A stretch of DNA of 64,000 nucleotides. Source: Treponema sp. (GTDB lineage: Bacteria; Spirochaetota; Spirochaetia; Treponematales; Treponemataceae). The notes under the pieces were generated by a model that saw only the letters and a program-made list of their open reading frames with translations, ran no database searches and had not been told where the DNA came from. The DNA lies in NCBI GenBank assembly GCA_024400955.1, contig JAKSLY010000008.1:9115-73114 (forward strand), in the 5' to 3' direction. The position numbers were made by a program, and so were the translations under genes. Positions 45,052 through 55,709 of the stretch are shown piece after piece; the first letter of the stretch is position 1; every line of letters starts with the position of its first letter.

Positions 45052-46458
45052 ATGGCAGAAAACGAATCATTTAATCAGAAAATCATCTTTGCCTCGGAAG
45101 CCAAGGACAAATGGTATGATACTGAGTGCCTTCCAAAAATTCAGGATCAGTATCGAATTCACCTTTCCTGTGTGCGCAATATTCTTGAGAACCTTGTTAA
45201 GCGTGGCCTTGTACTTTCTGATCCTTACAAGAATGAAACCAAGATTTCAAAAATCGTTCTTCCTTCAACAGAGCCTTTTAACGACAGTGAGCGTGCTACG
45301 GAAATAGGAATCCGTCTTGGCATGTATGAGACAATGATTGACTTTGTCTGCAACTACATGCGCTTTTCTGTTGAGCAGCTTAAGGTTGAAAAGATAAAGA
45401 AGCTTCTGGAGCTTAACCAGGTTTTCCAGTGGACAAATCTTTCCATGAATTCCACAGTGAGCAATACCAGAAACCTGGCCCATCTTATTAATGACCTGAA
45501 GACCAATGCAGACCAGCTTCTTCAGAGCATGATAAAGGACTGCCTTCACAAGACCAACCTTGCCATTACGGAAATAGACAAGGCCCTGAAGGAACTTGCC
45601 GAATACCAGAAGGAACGTTACAAGGTGGAAGTAAGACGCAACGTTCTTGAAAATCCTGCACTGGACAAGACCAAGGCCTATGCTTCGGCCGGTGACATGC
45701 TTGGTGAAATCAGAAGGGTCTTCCCCCAGTCAATGGCGGGTCGTCCATTTAATTCTGACTTCATCAACCAGATTGTCCAGGAAGAAGTTGGACCGGACAA
45801 GGCTAAGCTTCAGGAAGGGCTTTTAAAGCTCATGGAAGTAAAGGACACTACAAAGCCTGTTCAGGAAAACCGCGTTGACGTACATGCCATCCTCATGGAA
45901 GCCATGCGCGTTATGGGTACGACTCATGACCATTATAAGATCATCTACGATAAGATAAATGCAAACCATGAAGTTCTTCAGACAGAAAAAAATACATTCA
46001 AGGAAAAGATAAAGAGGTTCTTCAGGAATCTTCTTGGCCTTGCTGAACCGTCAGTTGACTACGAGGTTCACATCCTTGACAAGAAGACGGGCGGAAAGAA
46101 AAAGGAGATAGTTCACTTTGCAGAATTTAGCAGCAACCTGTTAAAGCGCGTCAAGATATATTCAGCCTTTTCTGTAAAGGAAGCTCCAGGATGGCAGAAG
46201 ATAAACCAGCAGAAGGACGAGGCAATCCTCGAATACCTTAACAAGCAGTTTATTGAAAACAACCATCTTTTTGCACTTCTTTTTGCCCTTGATGAATTTT
46301 TCAAGACCGCAGCAAGTTCAGAAAACCGTCCCAAGATCAAGGGGCTTTCCATGGAACTTACTGCCGTAAAGAACATCATCGTGAAGGTAAACCAGTTGAG
46401 GAGCGACTATTCATCTTATGTCGAGGAAGCCGAGCAGATGAAGAGGCTTGGAATATAG
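45052..46458 (+). CDS. hypothetical helical protein
   Basis: 468-aa ORF with host-like codon usage, apparently in an operon with oppA; no motif recognised. Confidence 0.75.
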   Translation: MAENESFNQKIIFASEAKDKWYDTECLPKIQDQYRIHLSCVRNILENLVKRGLVLSDPYKNETKISKIVLPSTEPFNDSERATEIGIRLGMYETMIDFVCNYMRFSVEQLKVEKIKKLLELNQVFQWTNLSMNSTVSNTRNLAHLINDLKTNADQLLQSMIKDCLHKTNLAITEIDKALKELAEYQKERYKVEVRRNVLENPALDKTKAYASAGDMLGEIRRVFPQSMAGRPFNSDFINQIVQEEVGPDKAKLQEGLLKLMEVKDTTKPVQENRVDVHAILMEAMRVMGTTHDHYKIIYDKINANHEVLQTEKNTFKEKIKRFFRNLLGLAEPSVDYEVHILDKKTGGKKKEIVHFAEFSSNLLKRVKIYSAFSVKEAPGWQKINQQKDEAILEYLNKQFIENNHLFALLFALDEFFKTAASSENRPKIKGLSMELTAVKNIIVKVNQLRSDYSSYVEEAEQMKRLGI

Positions 46459-46467
46459 GGGATTGAA

Positions 46468-48033
46468 TTGAAAAAAGTTTTGCTTGCAGCTTTTGCTGCA
46501 CTGTGTTTTTCTGCAGCCCTTGGTTTTGCGGAAAGCGAACAATCTGACCAGCAGAGGCAGAGGGTCTTGAATGTAACTGCATCTCGCCATGTTTACGACC
46601 TGAATCCTGCCACTGCTTCCTTTACCTCGGAAGCCCAGCTTTTTACTGCCCTGTACGAAGGGCTTTTTTCTTACGACCCCGTGAACCTTGGGCCGGTGAG
46701 CGGGCTTTGCACTTCCTACAAGACATCAAGGGACAAGAAGCGCTGGACCTTTACCTTAAGGACCGATGCATCTTTTAGCGACGGTTCCCCGATTAATGCC
46801 ATGACGGTTGTGGATTCGTGGATGCGCCTTCTGGAAACCAGTGGTGCACCCTTTGCTTCCCTTTTGGATAACGTTGTTGGTGCCCAGGAACTTCGCATGG
46901 GAACGGGAGGCCGCGAGGGCGTTAAGCTTATTGCCAAGGATGACTGCACTCTTGTTGTTCACCTTAAGGAACCCATGGCCCATTTGCCAAAGATTTTGTG
47001 CCACCATGCATTCAGCATTACTTCCCAAAAGGAAAATGTTTTTAGCGGAGCCTTTGTCCTGGAAGAGCAGGGTGAGGATTTCCTTAGCCTTAAGAAAAAT
47101 GAAAAGTACTGGGATGCTGCAAACGTCAGGCTACCGGGAATAAGGATTTCTCTTTGCGACGACTATCCGGAAAATTCCTACATGTACAACAATGGGGAAA
47201 TAGACTGGATAATGGGAAATGCCGACTATTCAAAGATAATCAGGAAGTCAAACCTTCAGATGGGAACTGAATTCGGAACCATCTATCTTTTCTTCAAGAC
47301 AAAGAACAGTCCATGGGACAAGGTTGAATTCCGCAATGCCCTTCTTGAAGCAGTTCCATACGACCGCCTGCGTGAAAAGTATGCAGTTAAGGCAGAGACA
47401 TTCATCTATCCGCTGCAGGGCTATCCGCAGGTAAAGGGAATTTCTGACAGCGATGCAGACGATGCCCTAGAGCTGATGAACCAGGCACGCAGGAACAATG
47501 GCATTCCCCTGGACAAGAAGCTGCCATTGGTTTTTGCCACTGTTGAACCTGATGAAAACATGAAGGGAATATTTGAACTCCTTAAGGAAGCCTGGGAACC
47601 TCTCGGGGTAAGCGTCATTGCTCAGAGTTCCGACTGGGCCAGGTACAATTCTTCCATTCCATACTGGAATGCGGACCTTTTCTTCTATTCGTGGATTGGT
47701 GATTTTGCAGATCCTCTTGCCTTCCTTGAACTGTTCCGCGGCGGTTCGTCCCTCAACTGCGTTCAGTATGTCAATGAGGAATATGACAGGCTTCTTCTGG
47801 AATCATCTCGCCTTGACTTGATGGAAGACCAGTACAAGTGCCTTGCCCAGGCAGAACAGATTCTTCTTGATGACTGCATGATCATTCCAATTGCCCATCC
47901 GGTAAGCGGGCACATCATTAATGTGGAGGAAATCGGCGGCTGGAAAACCAACGGCCTGGACATTCATCCATTCAAGTACATTTACTTTAAGGAACCGGAA
48001 AAAACAGAAATCAGGAATCTTGTAAGCTTCTGA
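46468..48033 (+). CDS. oppA: peptide ABC transporter substrate-binding protein (SBP family 5)
   Basis: Signal peptide, LYEGLF, WTFTLRTDASFSDGSPI, KNEKYWD and WIGDFADP. Confidence 0.85.
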   Translation: MKKVLLAAFAALCFSAALGFAESEQSDQQRQRVLNVTASRHVYDLNPATASFTSEAQLFTALYEGLFSYDPVNLGPVSGLCTSYKTSRDKKRWTFTLRTDASFSDGSPINAMTVVDSWMRLLETSGAPFASLLDNVVGAQELRMGTGGREGVKLIAKDDCTLVVHLKEPMAHLPKILCHHAFSITSQKENVFSGAFVLEEQGEDFLSLKKNEKYWDAANVRLPGIRISLCDDYPENSYMYNNGEIDWIMGNADYSKIIRKSNLQMGTEFGTIYLFFKTKNSPWDKVEFRNALLEAVPYDRLREKYAVKAETFIYPLQGYPQVKGISDSDADDALELMNQARRNNGIPLDKKLPLVFATVEPDENMKGIFELLKEAWEPLGVSVIAQSSDWARYNSSIPYWNADLFFYSWIGDFADPLAFLELFRGGSSLNCVQYVNEEYDRLLLESSRLDLMEDQYKCLAQAEQILLDDCMIIPIAHPVSGHIINVEEIGGWKTNGLDIHPFKYIYFKEPEKTEIRNLVSF

Positions 48034-48088
48034 GTGCCGAGCAACCCGCGAAACGCAGGACGGTTCTGCCCGGGAGCACGGTAATAAT

Positions 48089-49273
48089 TTAAAGTTGCAG
48101 TATATCCCCGAGGTTTACACAGATCATGCCGGCGCGCTTTGTCTTGTAGAAGGTGCTTTCTTCCCATGCAACCCACAGGGTTTTTCCCGCGATGCACTGT
48201 TCCCCGTAGGTGAATCCCTTTGGCAGCCGTGGCAGCCTGAATGCCGTGGAAACTTTTTCTTCCCCGGAAAATTTTATGTAGGTTGTTCCATCCTGGAAAA
48301 CGCAGCAGCTTAATCCGCTTTCAATGTTGACGCTTCCGCTTGCCGTAAGCAGGTAGTCGCTGTCACCCATCTGTGCATAGCTTATTGGACTTGTTCCGCT
48401 TTCGTCCCTCCAGATTACATAGTAGGAAAAACTCTGCGGAATTGATGACACCAGCTTCTTCAGTTCTTCCGGAGCCTTGCTTATGTATTTTGGCGTGCTT
48501 ATCTGGCGGAATTTTTCTTCATCAAGTGAATTAAAAAGGAAAGTCTCCTGTCCCAAGGCCGGCGTAAGGTCCGCAAGGGGAACCAGTGGCTGCCAGTAAA
48601 AGTAGGAAAAGCTTGTCTTGTCGTCCTGGATTTTTTTTGCTGAACAAGCCCATGTGGTTCCGTCCCAGATGAATCCCGTGATCTGGTCTGTGGTTTCAAG
48701 TCCCAGGTTTTTGTATGAAACAAGGGGAAAGAAAACCTTTGAGTCCGGGTTCATTTCCACAAGGAATGGGCGCAGGGGACTCATCTGTTCCGTTGGGGAA
48801 TTTGCCCTGTCGTTAAAGAAGGTGCTTCTGTAAAGGTAGAAGACCGGGTGGCCGTTACTAAAGACCATCTGGTCCGCCGTTTCCCTCGTAAAGAATGAAT
48901 CTTCCGTATACAGCTCGGCTTTGTCTTCGTTAAGGCACAGGATGCCTTTTCTGTTCAGCAGGGCAAAGGCCTGGTAGGGGCTGCGGCTCTGGATGCGCTC
49001 CCTTGATGGAACGACAGATGCTGCGCTGGAAACCCTTATGGCTTCCGTCCAGGGTTTTTCAGAAACTGCAGGTACATTTTGCGGAAGGTCTATGGGTTCA
49101 AGTCCGCTTTCAGAAAAGTAGAACCACTTGTGGCTCCTGATTGACTTTACTTCAGTCTGCAGGGGAAGTTCAGTGGTCAAGTTTTTTTTACCGCAGGAAG
49201 AAAGGCTAAGGATACAGGTGGCCATTAGCAGGCCTGCGGAAAATTTTATCGTCATCTGTTTCTTGGAATTCAT
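48089..49273 (-). CDS. hypothetical lipoprotein
   Basis: N-terminal ...ILSLSSC lipobox; 394 aa. Confidence 0.7.
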   Translation of the reverse strand: MNSKKQMTIKFSAGLLMATCILSLSSCGKKNLTTELPLQTEVKSIRSHKWFYFSESGLEPIDLPQNVPAVSEKPWTEAIRVSSAASVVPSRERIQSRSPYQAFALLNRKGILCLNEDKAELYTEDSFFTRETADQMVFSNGHPVFYLYRSTFFNDRANSPTEQMSPLRPFLVEMNPDSKVFFPLVSYKNLGLETTDQITGFIWDGTTWACSAKKIQDDKTSFSYFYWQPLVPLADLTPALGQETFLFNSLDEEKFRQISTPKYISKAPEELKKLVSSIPQSFSYYVIWRDESGTSPISYAQMGDSDYLLTASGSVNIESGLSCCVFQDGTTYIKFSGEEKVSTAFRLPRLPKGFTYGEQCIAGKTLWVAWEESTFYKTKRAGMICVNLGDILQL

Positions 49274-49276
49274 TTT

Positions 49277-50011
49277 CTAGAATTTAACTCCAATGCCGGC
49301 AAAGCAGCTCATGTAGGTCAGCTTTTCATATCCCTGGGGAATTGTGGATGTTGTGTCAAAGACTGGAATTTCTTTGGTTTTTACTGGAGCATAGATTCCG
49401 CTTAGGCCAAACATTATGTCTATGAATTTCCAGTTTACGTCACATGCAATCTGTGCGCCACCGCCAACGTTAAGGTAGGTGTAGGACTGCCCCTGCCAGT
49501 TGATTTTTCCACCGATGGCAGCAGGACCAAGGCGGACTGCAAAGTTGATGAAGCTTGTCGGAATGAACCTGTAGCAAAGACCGCCGATTGCCGTTACGTC
49601 AAAGCTTCCGCCATCCAATGGGAACTGCACTATGGTGTTTGAATATTCCTTCTTGTACCATGGGTTGTCGGTGGCTGGAGTATAGTAAAGGCTTTTCTGT
49701 TCAGGGTCTGCCTTGAGTCCTTCTATATAGGCTTTTTCGTCAGGATTTCTTACAAGGATTTTGTTTGTGATTTTTGGAAGGAATGATGCGTGGCCAAAAA
49801 GTCCCAGGTGCTTTTCGTCGGGATAAAGTACGGCGTCACCAAAAATTCCTGCGGCGTGGTGTTCCGTTGCAACGTGGGATGAACTTGAGATTGCCACCGG
49901 GTTTCCAAAGTCAATGAAGCCGGCTTCCGCTCCGCCAGTAAGTGAAAAATTTGCGCCAAAGCAAAATGAGGCAATGGCTAAAAAAGCTGAAGTCAGTAGA
50001 GTTTTTTTCAT
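49277..50011 (-). CDS. probable outer-membrane beta-barrel protein
   Basis: Signal peptide, alternating amphipathic strands and C-terminal AGIGVKF. Confidence 0.65.
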   Translation of the reverse strand: MKKTLLTSAFLAIASFCFGANFSLTGGAEAGFIDFGNPVAISSSSHVATEHHAAGIFGDAVLYPDEKHLGLFGHASFLPKITNKILVRNPDEKAYIEGLKADPEQKSLYYTPATDNPWYKKEYSNTIVQFPLDGGSFDVTAIGGLCYRFIPTSFINFAVRLGPAAIGGKINWQGQSYTYLNVGGGAQIACDVNWKFIDIMFGLSGIYAPVKTKEIPVFDTTSTIPQGYEKLTYMSCFAGIGVKF

Positions 50012-50074
50012 TCCTAGAATAATAAATCATGTAGGCTGTTTGTTCAATAATTCAATATGTGGTATCATGGTCTC

Positions 50075-50341
50075 ATGACTAATGAAGAACTTGAAGCAAA
50101 GTCCGAGGACTTGAGACAGAAGATAAAGAAGTTTGAAAACAGCCGCACCCTCATTGCCGCAGTTTTTGCCATCGTTGTTTACTATGTTTATGACGGTTAC
50201 AGGGACGGCTGCGGAACCGGTTTTTACGCTGCCATGGGAGTTATCCTTGCAGGTGTCGTAGGCGTTTTCATCTATGCATCCATTCTCGTTTCAAAGCTGA
50301 AGAAAGAAAAGAAAGAAGTTGATGACTCAATCGAAAAGTGA
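50075..50341 (+). CDS. small two-TM membrane protein
   Basis: Two hydrophobic segments; TGnTATCAT 6 nt before ATG 50075; overlaps the next gene. Confidence 0.65.
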   Translation: MTNEELEAKSEDLRQKIKKFENSRTLIAAVFAIVVYYVYDGYRDGCGTGFYAAMGVILAGVVGVFIYASILVSKLKKEKKEVDDSIEK

Positions 50342-52301
50342 ATTCCTTGCCGTATGCAGGGAAGACCTGGAACGCCGCGGAATAGACGCACCTGATTTTG
50401 TCTTTGTCTCAGGCGACGGTTATGTTGACCATCCAAGTTTTGCAGCAGCCCTTTTGGGAAGGCTTCTCGAATCACAAGGTTACTCTGTTGGAATCATCGC
50501 CCAGCCGGACTGTTCCACCTGCGAAAGCTTTAAGGTTTTTGGCCAGCCAAAGCTTGGCTTTCTTGTAAGCGCCGGTGCCATGGACAGCATGGTTTCCAAT
50601 TATACTGCAAATAACAAGCCCCGCTCGGAAGATGTTTATTCCCATGGGGGAATTGCAGGTCGCAGGCCTGACAGGGCAACCCTGGTTTACGTGCAGAAAA
50701 TTCGCGAGGCATACAAGGGCGTCAACGTAATCATCGGTGGAATCGAGGCAAGCCTCAGGAGAACAAGCCACTACGATTACTGGTCCAACACAGTAAAGCA
50801 TTCCATTCTTCTTGACTCAAAGGCAGACCTTCTTCTTTACGGCATGGGCGAAAAATCCATCCTTGAAGTTGCAGGCCTTTTGCGCCAGGGAATCCCTGCC
50901 CGCCAGATAAGGAGCGTGAGGGGATCCTGCTGGTATACGGGAAAAAAAGACGAGCTTCCGCCATACACGGAAGTTCTTTCAGAATACACAAGGGCCTACG
51001 AAGATGGCACGGCTCCTGTTTCACCACAGGCAACCCAGACAAGGTCAAACCAGCAGAACGTTAAGCTTAGGCAGATGCCGGTTTTGGGTTCGGACGTTCC
51101 TGCTGAACATGCACTCATGCTTCCGCCTTTCCAGGACATAAGCCGGAATACCCCACAGAGCAAGGAGCTTTTTGCCCGCTCATACATCGTCCAGGAACAG
51201 AACACTGATGCCATTAATGCGCGCATCCTGATTGAGCCTGCCGAATCACGTTATGTCGTCCAGAATCCGCCGGCCCTTCCATTGACCCAGGAAGAATTCG
51301 ATTCAATCTATAAGCTGCCATTTACAAGGCGCGCCCATCCCATGTATGACATTCCCGCAGAAAACGGCAGGACTGGAATCGATGCACTGAAGGAAGTTAA
51401 GTTCAGCCTTGCAAGCTGCCGAGGATGTTTTGGTGCATGTTCCTTCTGTGCCATCACCTTCCATCAGGGAAGAAGAATCCAGAGCCGCAGTCACGAAAGC
51501 CTCATTGAGGAAGCAAGGCTCATGACCCAGGATCCTGACTTTAAGGGGTACATTCATGATGTGGGAGGACCGACTGCAAACTTTCGCCATGACGCATGCG
51601 AGAAGCAGGCCAGGTGCGGTGCATGCAAGAACCGTGACTGCATGGGAACAAATCCATGTGCCAACGTAAAGGCTGACCACACCGATTACGTAAGCCTCTT
51701 GAGGAAACTGCGAGCCCTTCCTGGAATAAAGAAGGTTTTCATCAGAAGCGGAATTCGCTTTGACTATCTGATGATGGATAAGGACAGGACTTTTTTTAAC
51801 GAGCTTGTGGACAATCACATTTCCGGACAGCTTAAGGTTGCCCCGGAACATGTAAGCGACAGCGTTCTCAGATTGATGCGCAAGAGCACCCATAAGGTTT
51901 ACGAAGAATTTTCTGATGAGTACGAGAGGATAAACCGGGAACGCGGCAAGAAGCAGTTCCTGGTTCCATATTACATTGCAGGTCATCCGGGGGCTGGACT
52001 GAATGAAGCCCTGGAGACTGCCCTTTATTTAAAGAAGACGGGTTTTGTTCCGGATCAGGTGCAGGACTTTTATCCGACTCCGGGGAGCCTTGCAACATGC
52101 ATGTACTACACTGGCTTTAATCCCCATGAATACGATCCTGCCACAGGACATCTAGAGACTGTCTACGTTGCACGTGGTGGACATGAACGAAGGCTGCAGC
52201 GTGCACTTTTGCAGTTCAATAAAAAAGAAAATGCCTCCCTGGTAAGGGAAGCATTAAGAATTCTTGGCAAGGAAAACCTTTCAAGAATTTTGCTGAAGTG
52301 A
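50322..52301 (+). CDS. YgiQ-family radical SAM protein
   Basis: SGDGYVDHPSF, GGIEASLRR, RGCFGACSFC, HQGR, DVGGPTANF, SGQLKVAPEH and QVQDFYPTP. Confidence 0.92.
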   Translation: MTQSKSEFLAVCREDLERRGIDAPDFVFVSGDGYVDHPSFAAALLGRLLESQGYSVGIIAQPDCSTCESFKVFGQPKLGFLVSAGAMDSMVSNYTANNKPRSEDVYSHGGIAGRRPDRATLVYVQKIREAYKGVNVIIGGIEASLRRTSHYDYWSNTVKHSILLDSKADLLLYGMGEKSILEVAGLLRQGIPARQIRSVRGSCWYTGKKDELPPYTEVLSEYTRAYEDGTAPVSPQATQTRSNQQNVKLRQMPVLGSDVPAEHALMLPPFQDISRNTPQSKELFARSYIVQEQNTDAINARILIEPAESRYVVQNPPALPLTQEEFDSIYKLPFTRRAHPMYDIPAENGRTGIDALKEVKFSLASCRGCFGACSFCAITFHQGRRIQSRSHESLIEEARLMTQDPDFKGYIHDVGGPTANFRHDACEKQARCGACKNRDCMGTNPCANVKADHTDYVSLLRKLRALPGIKKVFIRSGIRFDYLMMDKDRTFFNELVDNHISGQLKVAPEHVSDSVLRLMRKSTHKVYEEFSDEYERINRERGKKQFLVPYYIAGHPGAGLNEALETALYLKKTGFVPDQVQDFYPTPGSLATCMYYTGFNPHEYDPATGHLETVYVARGGHERRLQRALLQFNKKENASLVREALRILGKENLSRILLK

Positions 52302-52358
52302 TTTTTTTACCGCGGCCGGATTTTGGTTTCCCCCGCGGTTTATTTTTGCGCAGAAAAA

Positions 52359-53207
52359 TCAGCCCAGGGTTCGCTTGAAGAACCTTATCATCTCGTCCCA
52401 GATTTTGTCCTGGAAGAACCTTATGTCTGCGTGGTCTGCGCCCTTTACCGTAAGGAGTGTAACGTCGCATCCGGCTTCTTCAAGCTTGTCGTGGAGCAGG
52501 ACTCCCTGGCTGTAGGGAACCGTGTGGTCGTCGTCTCCGTGGATGATGAGGAATGGCGGTGCGTTCCTTGTAATGTAGTCAACGGGATTTGCCTCACGGG
52601 CTTTCTTGCTGTTCTTGAGGCAGTCATAGCCGAGCATCAGGTTATGTGGTGCGCCAGCTGATAGTTCATCCGGCAGCGGTGGAAATCCAAGAAAGTCGGA
52701 AACAGGATACCAGGGGCATGCGGCCTTTACCGTGCTTGTAACTCCCTTCCATTCCTTGCCCTCGAATTTCTTTTCGTTGCAAAGGGCTGCCAGGGAAGAA
52801 AGGTGACCTCCTGCAGATTCTCCGCCTATTCCAATCTTTTCCGGATCGATTCTGTAACGGGCGGCGTTGGCCTTTAAATATCTGATGGCTGTCTTTACAT
52901 CCATTATCTGCGATGGAAACTGGGCTTCGTTGCTTGTCCTGTACTCAACGCTGGCAACTGCAAATCCTGCCAGTGCAAGTTTTGAAAGGTATGCAAGATG
53001 GGCAGACCTGTCCATGGTAAGCCATGCTCCTCCGCACACCCATACCACGCATGGAAATTTCTTTCCGCTGTTGTCTTCCGGGTAGATCAGGTCCATCTTA
53101 AGGTCGCGCCTGGTGTGGCCGTACCAGTAGTCAACCTGGCTGTATGTTACTCCAGTGCAAGTGACAAACTGGGGTCGCTCGATTTTTACGTTGAGGGTCT
53201 TCTTCAT
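52359..53207 (-). CDS. alpha/beta hydrolase (esterase/lipase)
   Basis: CGGAW oxyanion motif, GESAGG nucleophile, HGDDDHTVP and GADH; GGAGG RBS. Confidence 0.88.
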   Translation of the reverse strand: MKKTLNVKIERPQFVTCTGVTYSQVDYWYGHTRRDLKMDLIYPEDNSGKKFPCVVWVCGGAWLTMDRSAHLAYLSKLALAGFAVASVEYRTSNEAQFPSQIMDVKTAIRYLKANAARYRIDPEKIGIGGESAGGHLSSLAALCNEKKFEGKEWKGVTSTVKAACPWYPVSDFLGFPPLPDELSAGAPHNLMLGYDCLKNSKKAREANPVDYITRNAPPFLIIHGDDDHTVPYSQGVLLHDKLEEAGCDVTLLTVKGADHADIRFFQDKIWDEMIRFFKRTLG

Positions 53208-53256
53208 TTTTTTGCCTCCAGAATAAATTGTACGGGCAGAATCCGATTCTGGCAAC

Positions 53257-53299
53257 AAAAAAATCCCCCTTGTCGGCACAGTGCACTTTAAGGGGGATG
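53257..53299 (-). terminator. intrinsic terminator after PAP2 gene
   Basis: ATCCCCCTT...AAGGGGGAT followed by a T-run on the minus strand. Confidence 0.6.
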
Positions 53300-53314
53300 T
53301 CGCAGGTTAATGGA

Positions 53315-54157
53315 CTACAGCTTGAAGCTCAGGGATATCTCTGTTGGAGACAGGGCAAGCTGCATGTCACTTGTACTTTTTCTTGCGGCAAAGGTATGCA
53401 GGAATGGAACTGCAAAACCGATGGCACTTCCCAAGGCGGCTCCGCCAAGAACGTCCGTAAAAAAGTGGTTTCCGCTTGCCATTCGCAATGCACCGGTTGC
53501 TGCTGCGACACCGTAGGAAGCTGCGATGATGGGGGCGCGGTATTTTGAGTCGGGGTAATATTTGCAGAACGTGTAGCTCAGGAAAGTTGCATTCATGAAG
53601 GCATCGATGGTGTGTCCGCTTGGGAATGAAAACTGAAAGTCGTCGTCTTCCACCTTGTCCTCCGGAAAATCGTCAAAATACATGTAGGGCCTTACCCTGT
53701 TGACTGCCATCTTCGTGGCCTGCTTTACGGTGTTTGTGATGAAAGCGCTTTGGGCATACATTACCAGGGTGGTCAGTGCTTCGTTTTTCTCCATGTTGGA
53801 CAAAAGGAATTCCGTACCGTACACGGCAAAAGGCATGGCGTACAGCATTACGTCGGTTACAGTTCCAAGGCGGTCAAGGTTCTTGCTGTACTTTCTTGCA
53901 AACTTTCTGTCCAGGGGATTGATGTCGTCCTTGTCATAGGTAAAGTCGTCGTAGTCCTTGAAGCTGCCGATTTTCTTTATGTAAAGATAGGACGAGCCAA
54001 AGGTCAATGCGCTGGCCCCAAGAAGGATTCCGTCCTGCACCGGGCAGATCTTGAACGGGGAACCTTCAGTTTCCGTTATGCATCTTTCCGATTCCGGCAG
54101 GGCAAAAACCTGAGAGCAAAGGAAAATTGATGCAATGGCTGCAAGGAGCTTTTTCAT
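53315..54157 (-). CDS. PAP2-family phosphatase
   Basis: KMAVNRVRP, SFPSGH and RMASGNHFFTDV. Confidence 0.9.
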   Translation of the reverse strand: MKKLLAAIASIFLCSQVFALPESERCITETEGSPFKICPVQDGILLGASALTFGSSYLYIKKIGSFKDYDDFTYDKDDINPLDRKFARKYSKNLDRLGTVTDVMLYAMPFAVYGTEFLLSNMEKNEALTTLVMYAQSAFITNTVKQATKMAVNRVRPYMYFDDFPEDKVEDDDFQFSFPSGHTIDAFMNATFLSYTFCKYYPDSKYRAPIIAASYGVAAATGALRMASGNHFFTDVLGGAALGSAIGFAVPFLHTFAARKSTSDMQLALSPTEISLSFKL

Positions 54158-54927
54158 TTTGAAACCTCGTAGCAGATGATTGATGCTGCCTGGGCCACGT
54201 TAAGGCTGTCGACTACAGGAACTGCATCCTTTGAATTCATGCCGGCAAATGGAATGATTACAAGGTGGTCGCAGTTTTCTTCAACCTCACGGCTGATTCC
54301 CTTTTCCTCGTTGCCAAGAACTATGATGGCTCCCTTTGAACCGCAAAGTTCCTTCATTTCTGAAACCTGCTTTTTTGCCTTGAGTGAAGTACCAAACCTT
54401 ACCATTCTTCCGGCCATGTCCTTCAAAAGGAAGGAAATGGATTTTACGGAATATACGTTGACGAATTCCATTCCACCTTCTGCAACACGGTAGCTGCTTG
54501 TGGTGATGGAAGACTGGGCTTCATCAACGGGAATCACTATGTTCTTTATTCCAAAGAAGGCGGCGCTCCTTACGATGGCACCAAGGTTGTTTGCATTTCC
54601 AACCCTGTCAAGGACGATGGCCTTCTGGCATTCTTCCGCCCACATTGAAGTTATGTCCTTGTTGAGTGGAAGGATTGTCGGAGGCGTAATCATGGCTACG
54701 ACTCCCTGATGGTGAACGCTTCCGCAGAGTTTTTCAAGCTCGGCAGGGTCCTTTACCAGATTGTATGGCTTTTTGTCCTGGGCCATTTTCTTGCACAGTC
54801 CTCCAAAAAGAGGAGCCCTGTCTTCCGTAAAATAAAGGCGCTGGATCTTGTGATAGTTGTTTTTTTCAAGGGTCTTTACTGCCGCAAAACCGCATACGGC
54901 AAGTTCGTTACGCTGTGTGTTCTTCAT
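54154..54927 (-). CDS. TrmH/SpoU-family RNA methyltransferase
   Basis: HHQGVVA, NANNLGAIVRSAAFFG, LGNEEKG and SLNVAQA. Confidence 0.9.
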   Translation of the reverse strand: MKNTQRNELAVCGFAAVKTLEKNNYHKIQRLYFTEDRAPLFGGLCKKMAQDKKPYNLVKDPAELEKLCGSVHHQGVVAMITPPTILPLNKDITSMWAEECQKAIVLDRVGNANNLGAIVRSAAFFGIKNIVIPVDEAQSSITTSSYRVAEGGMEFVNVYSVKSISFLLKDMAGRMVRFGTSLKAKKQVSEMKELCGSKGAIIVLGNEEKGISREVEENCDHLVIIPFAGMNSKDAVPVVDSLNVAQAASIICYEVSK

Positions 54928-55016
54928 GCCTTGATTATACAGGGGCAGGAATAAATGCACAATGTTCCGCGAAGGCTTTTTTTTGCCTTATGACCTGCAG
55001 TTTTTTTAGATTCCCT

Positions 55017-55709
55017 TTACATCGTCCTGAAGGCTGCCGGGGATGTACCGAATTCCTTCCTGAATGAATTTGTGAAGTATGCCGGGTCTGAAAATCCGCA
55101 CCTGTCGGAAATTTCCCTTATCATGAGGCCAGTTGTTTCCAGCAGTTTTTTTGCCTCCTCAAGGCGCAGTATCGTCAGGTAGTTCCAGAAGCCGGTGCCT
55201 GTTTCTGCCTTGAAGATTCTCGTAAGGTAGTCCGGGTTTGTGCCAAGCTGGCTTGCAATGGCAGAGCGGGTTAGCTTTCGTCCAAGGTTCTTGTTCAGGA
55301 AGAGGATTGCGTACTTTACCTTTGAGCCTGTTTTTGGCGGCAGGATTTTTTTTCTTGCACTCAGGATTAGCTTAAGGTTTTCGATGAATGGTTCCCTCAT
55401 GGCAACAGCCGTATTGCAGATGAGGATTCCGGGCATGATGGAAATGGGCGTCAGGTTGTTCAGCTGGGAAAATGAATCTTCCAGTATCAGTATGGGAACC
55501 CTGGCAAACTGGGGAATGGCCTTGACCTCTCCAATTCCTGCAAAATCAAGTCCGTCAAAAACTATCAGGTCCGGCAGGAACCGCTGTGCAAGGTTTGCCA
55601 TGAAGCTTACGGAAGAAACAACTTCCGTCTCGTTTTCCCTGGAGAGGATTTTTAAAAGGGGACTTTGGCTTCCGGTAAAGATTATCCTTCGGGGTTTCCA
55701 GTATGCCAT
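55017..55709 (-). CDS. AraC-family regulator with receiver-like N-terminus
   Basis: NPDYLTRIFK, RLEEAKKLL and CGFSDPAYFTNSFRKEFGTSP. Confidence 0.88.
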   Translation of the reverse strand: MAYWKPRRIIFTGSQSPLLKILSRENETEVVSSVSFMANLAQRFLPDLIVFDGLDFAGIGEVKAIPQFARVPILILEDSFSQLNNLTPISIMPGILICNTAVAMREPFIENLKLILSARKKILPPKTGSKVKYAILFLNKNLGRKLTRSAIASQLGTNPDYLTRIFKAETGTGFWNYLTILRLEEAKKLLETTGLMIREISDRCGFSDPAYFTNSFRKEFGTSPAAFRTM

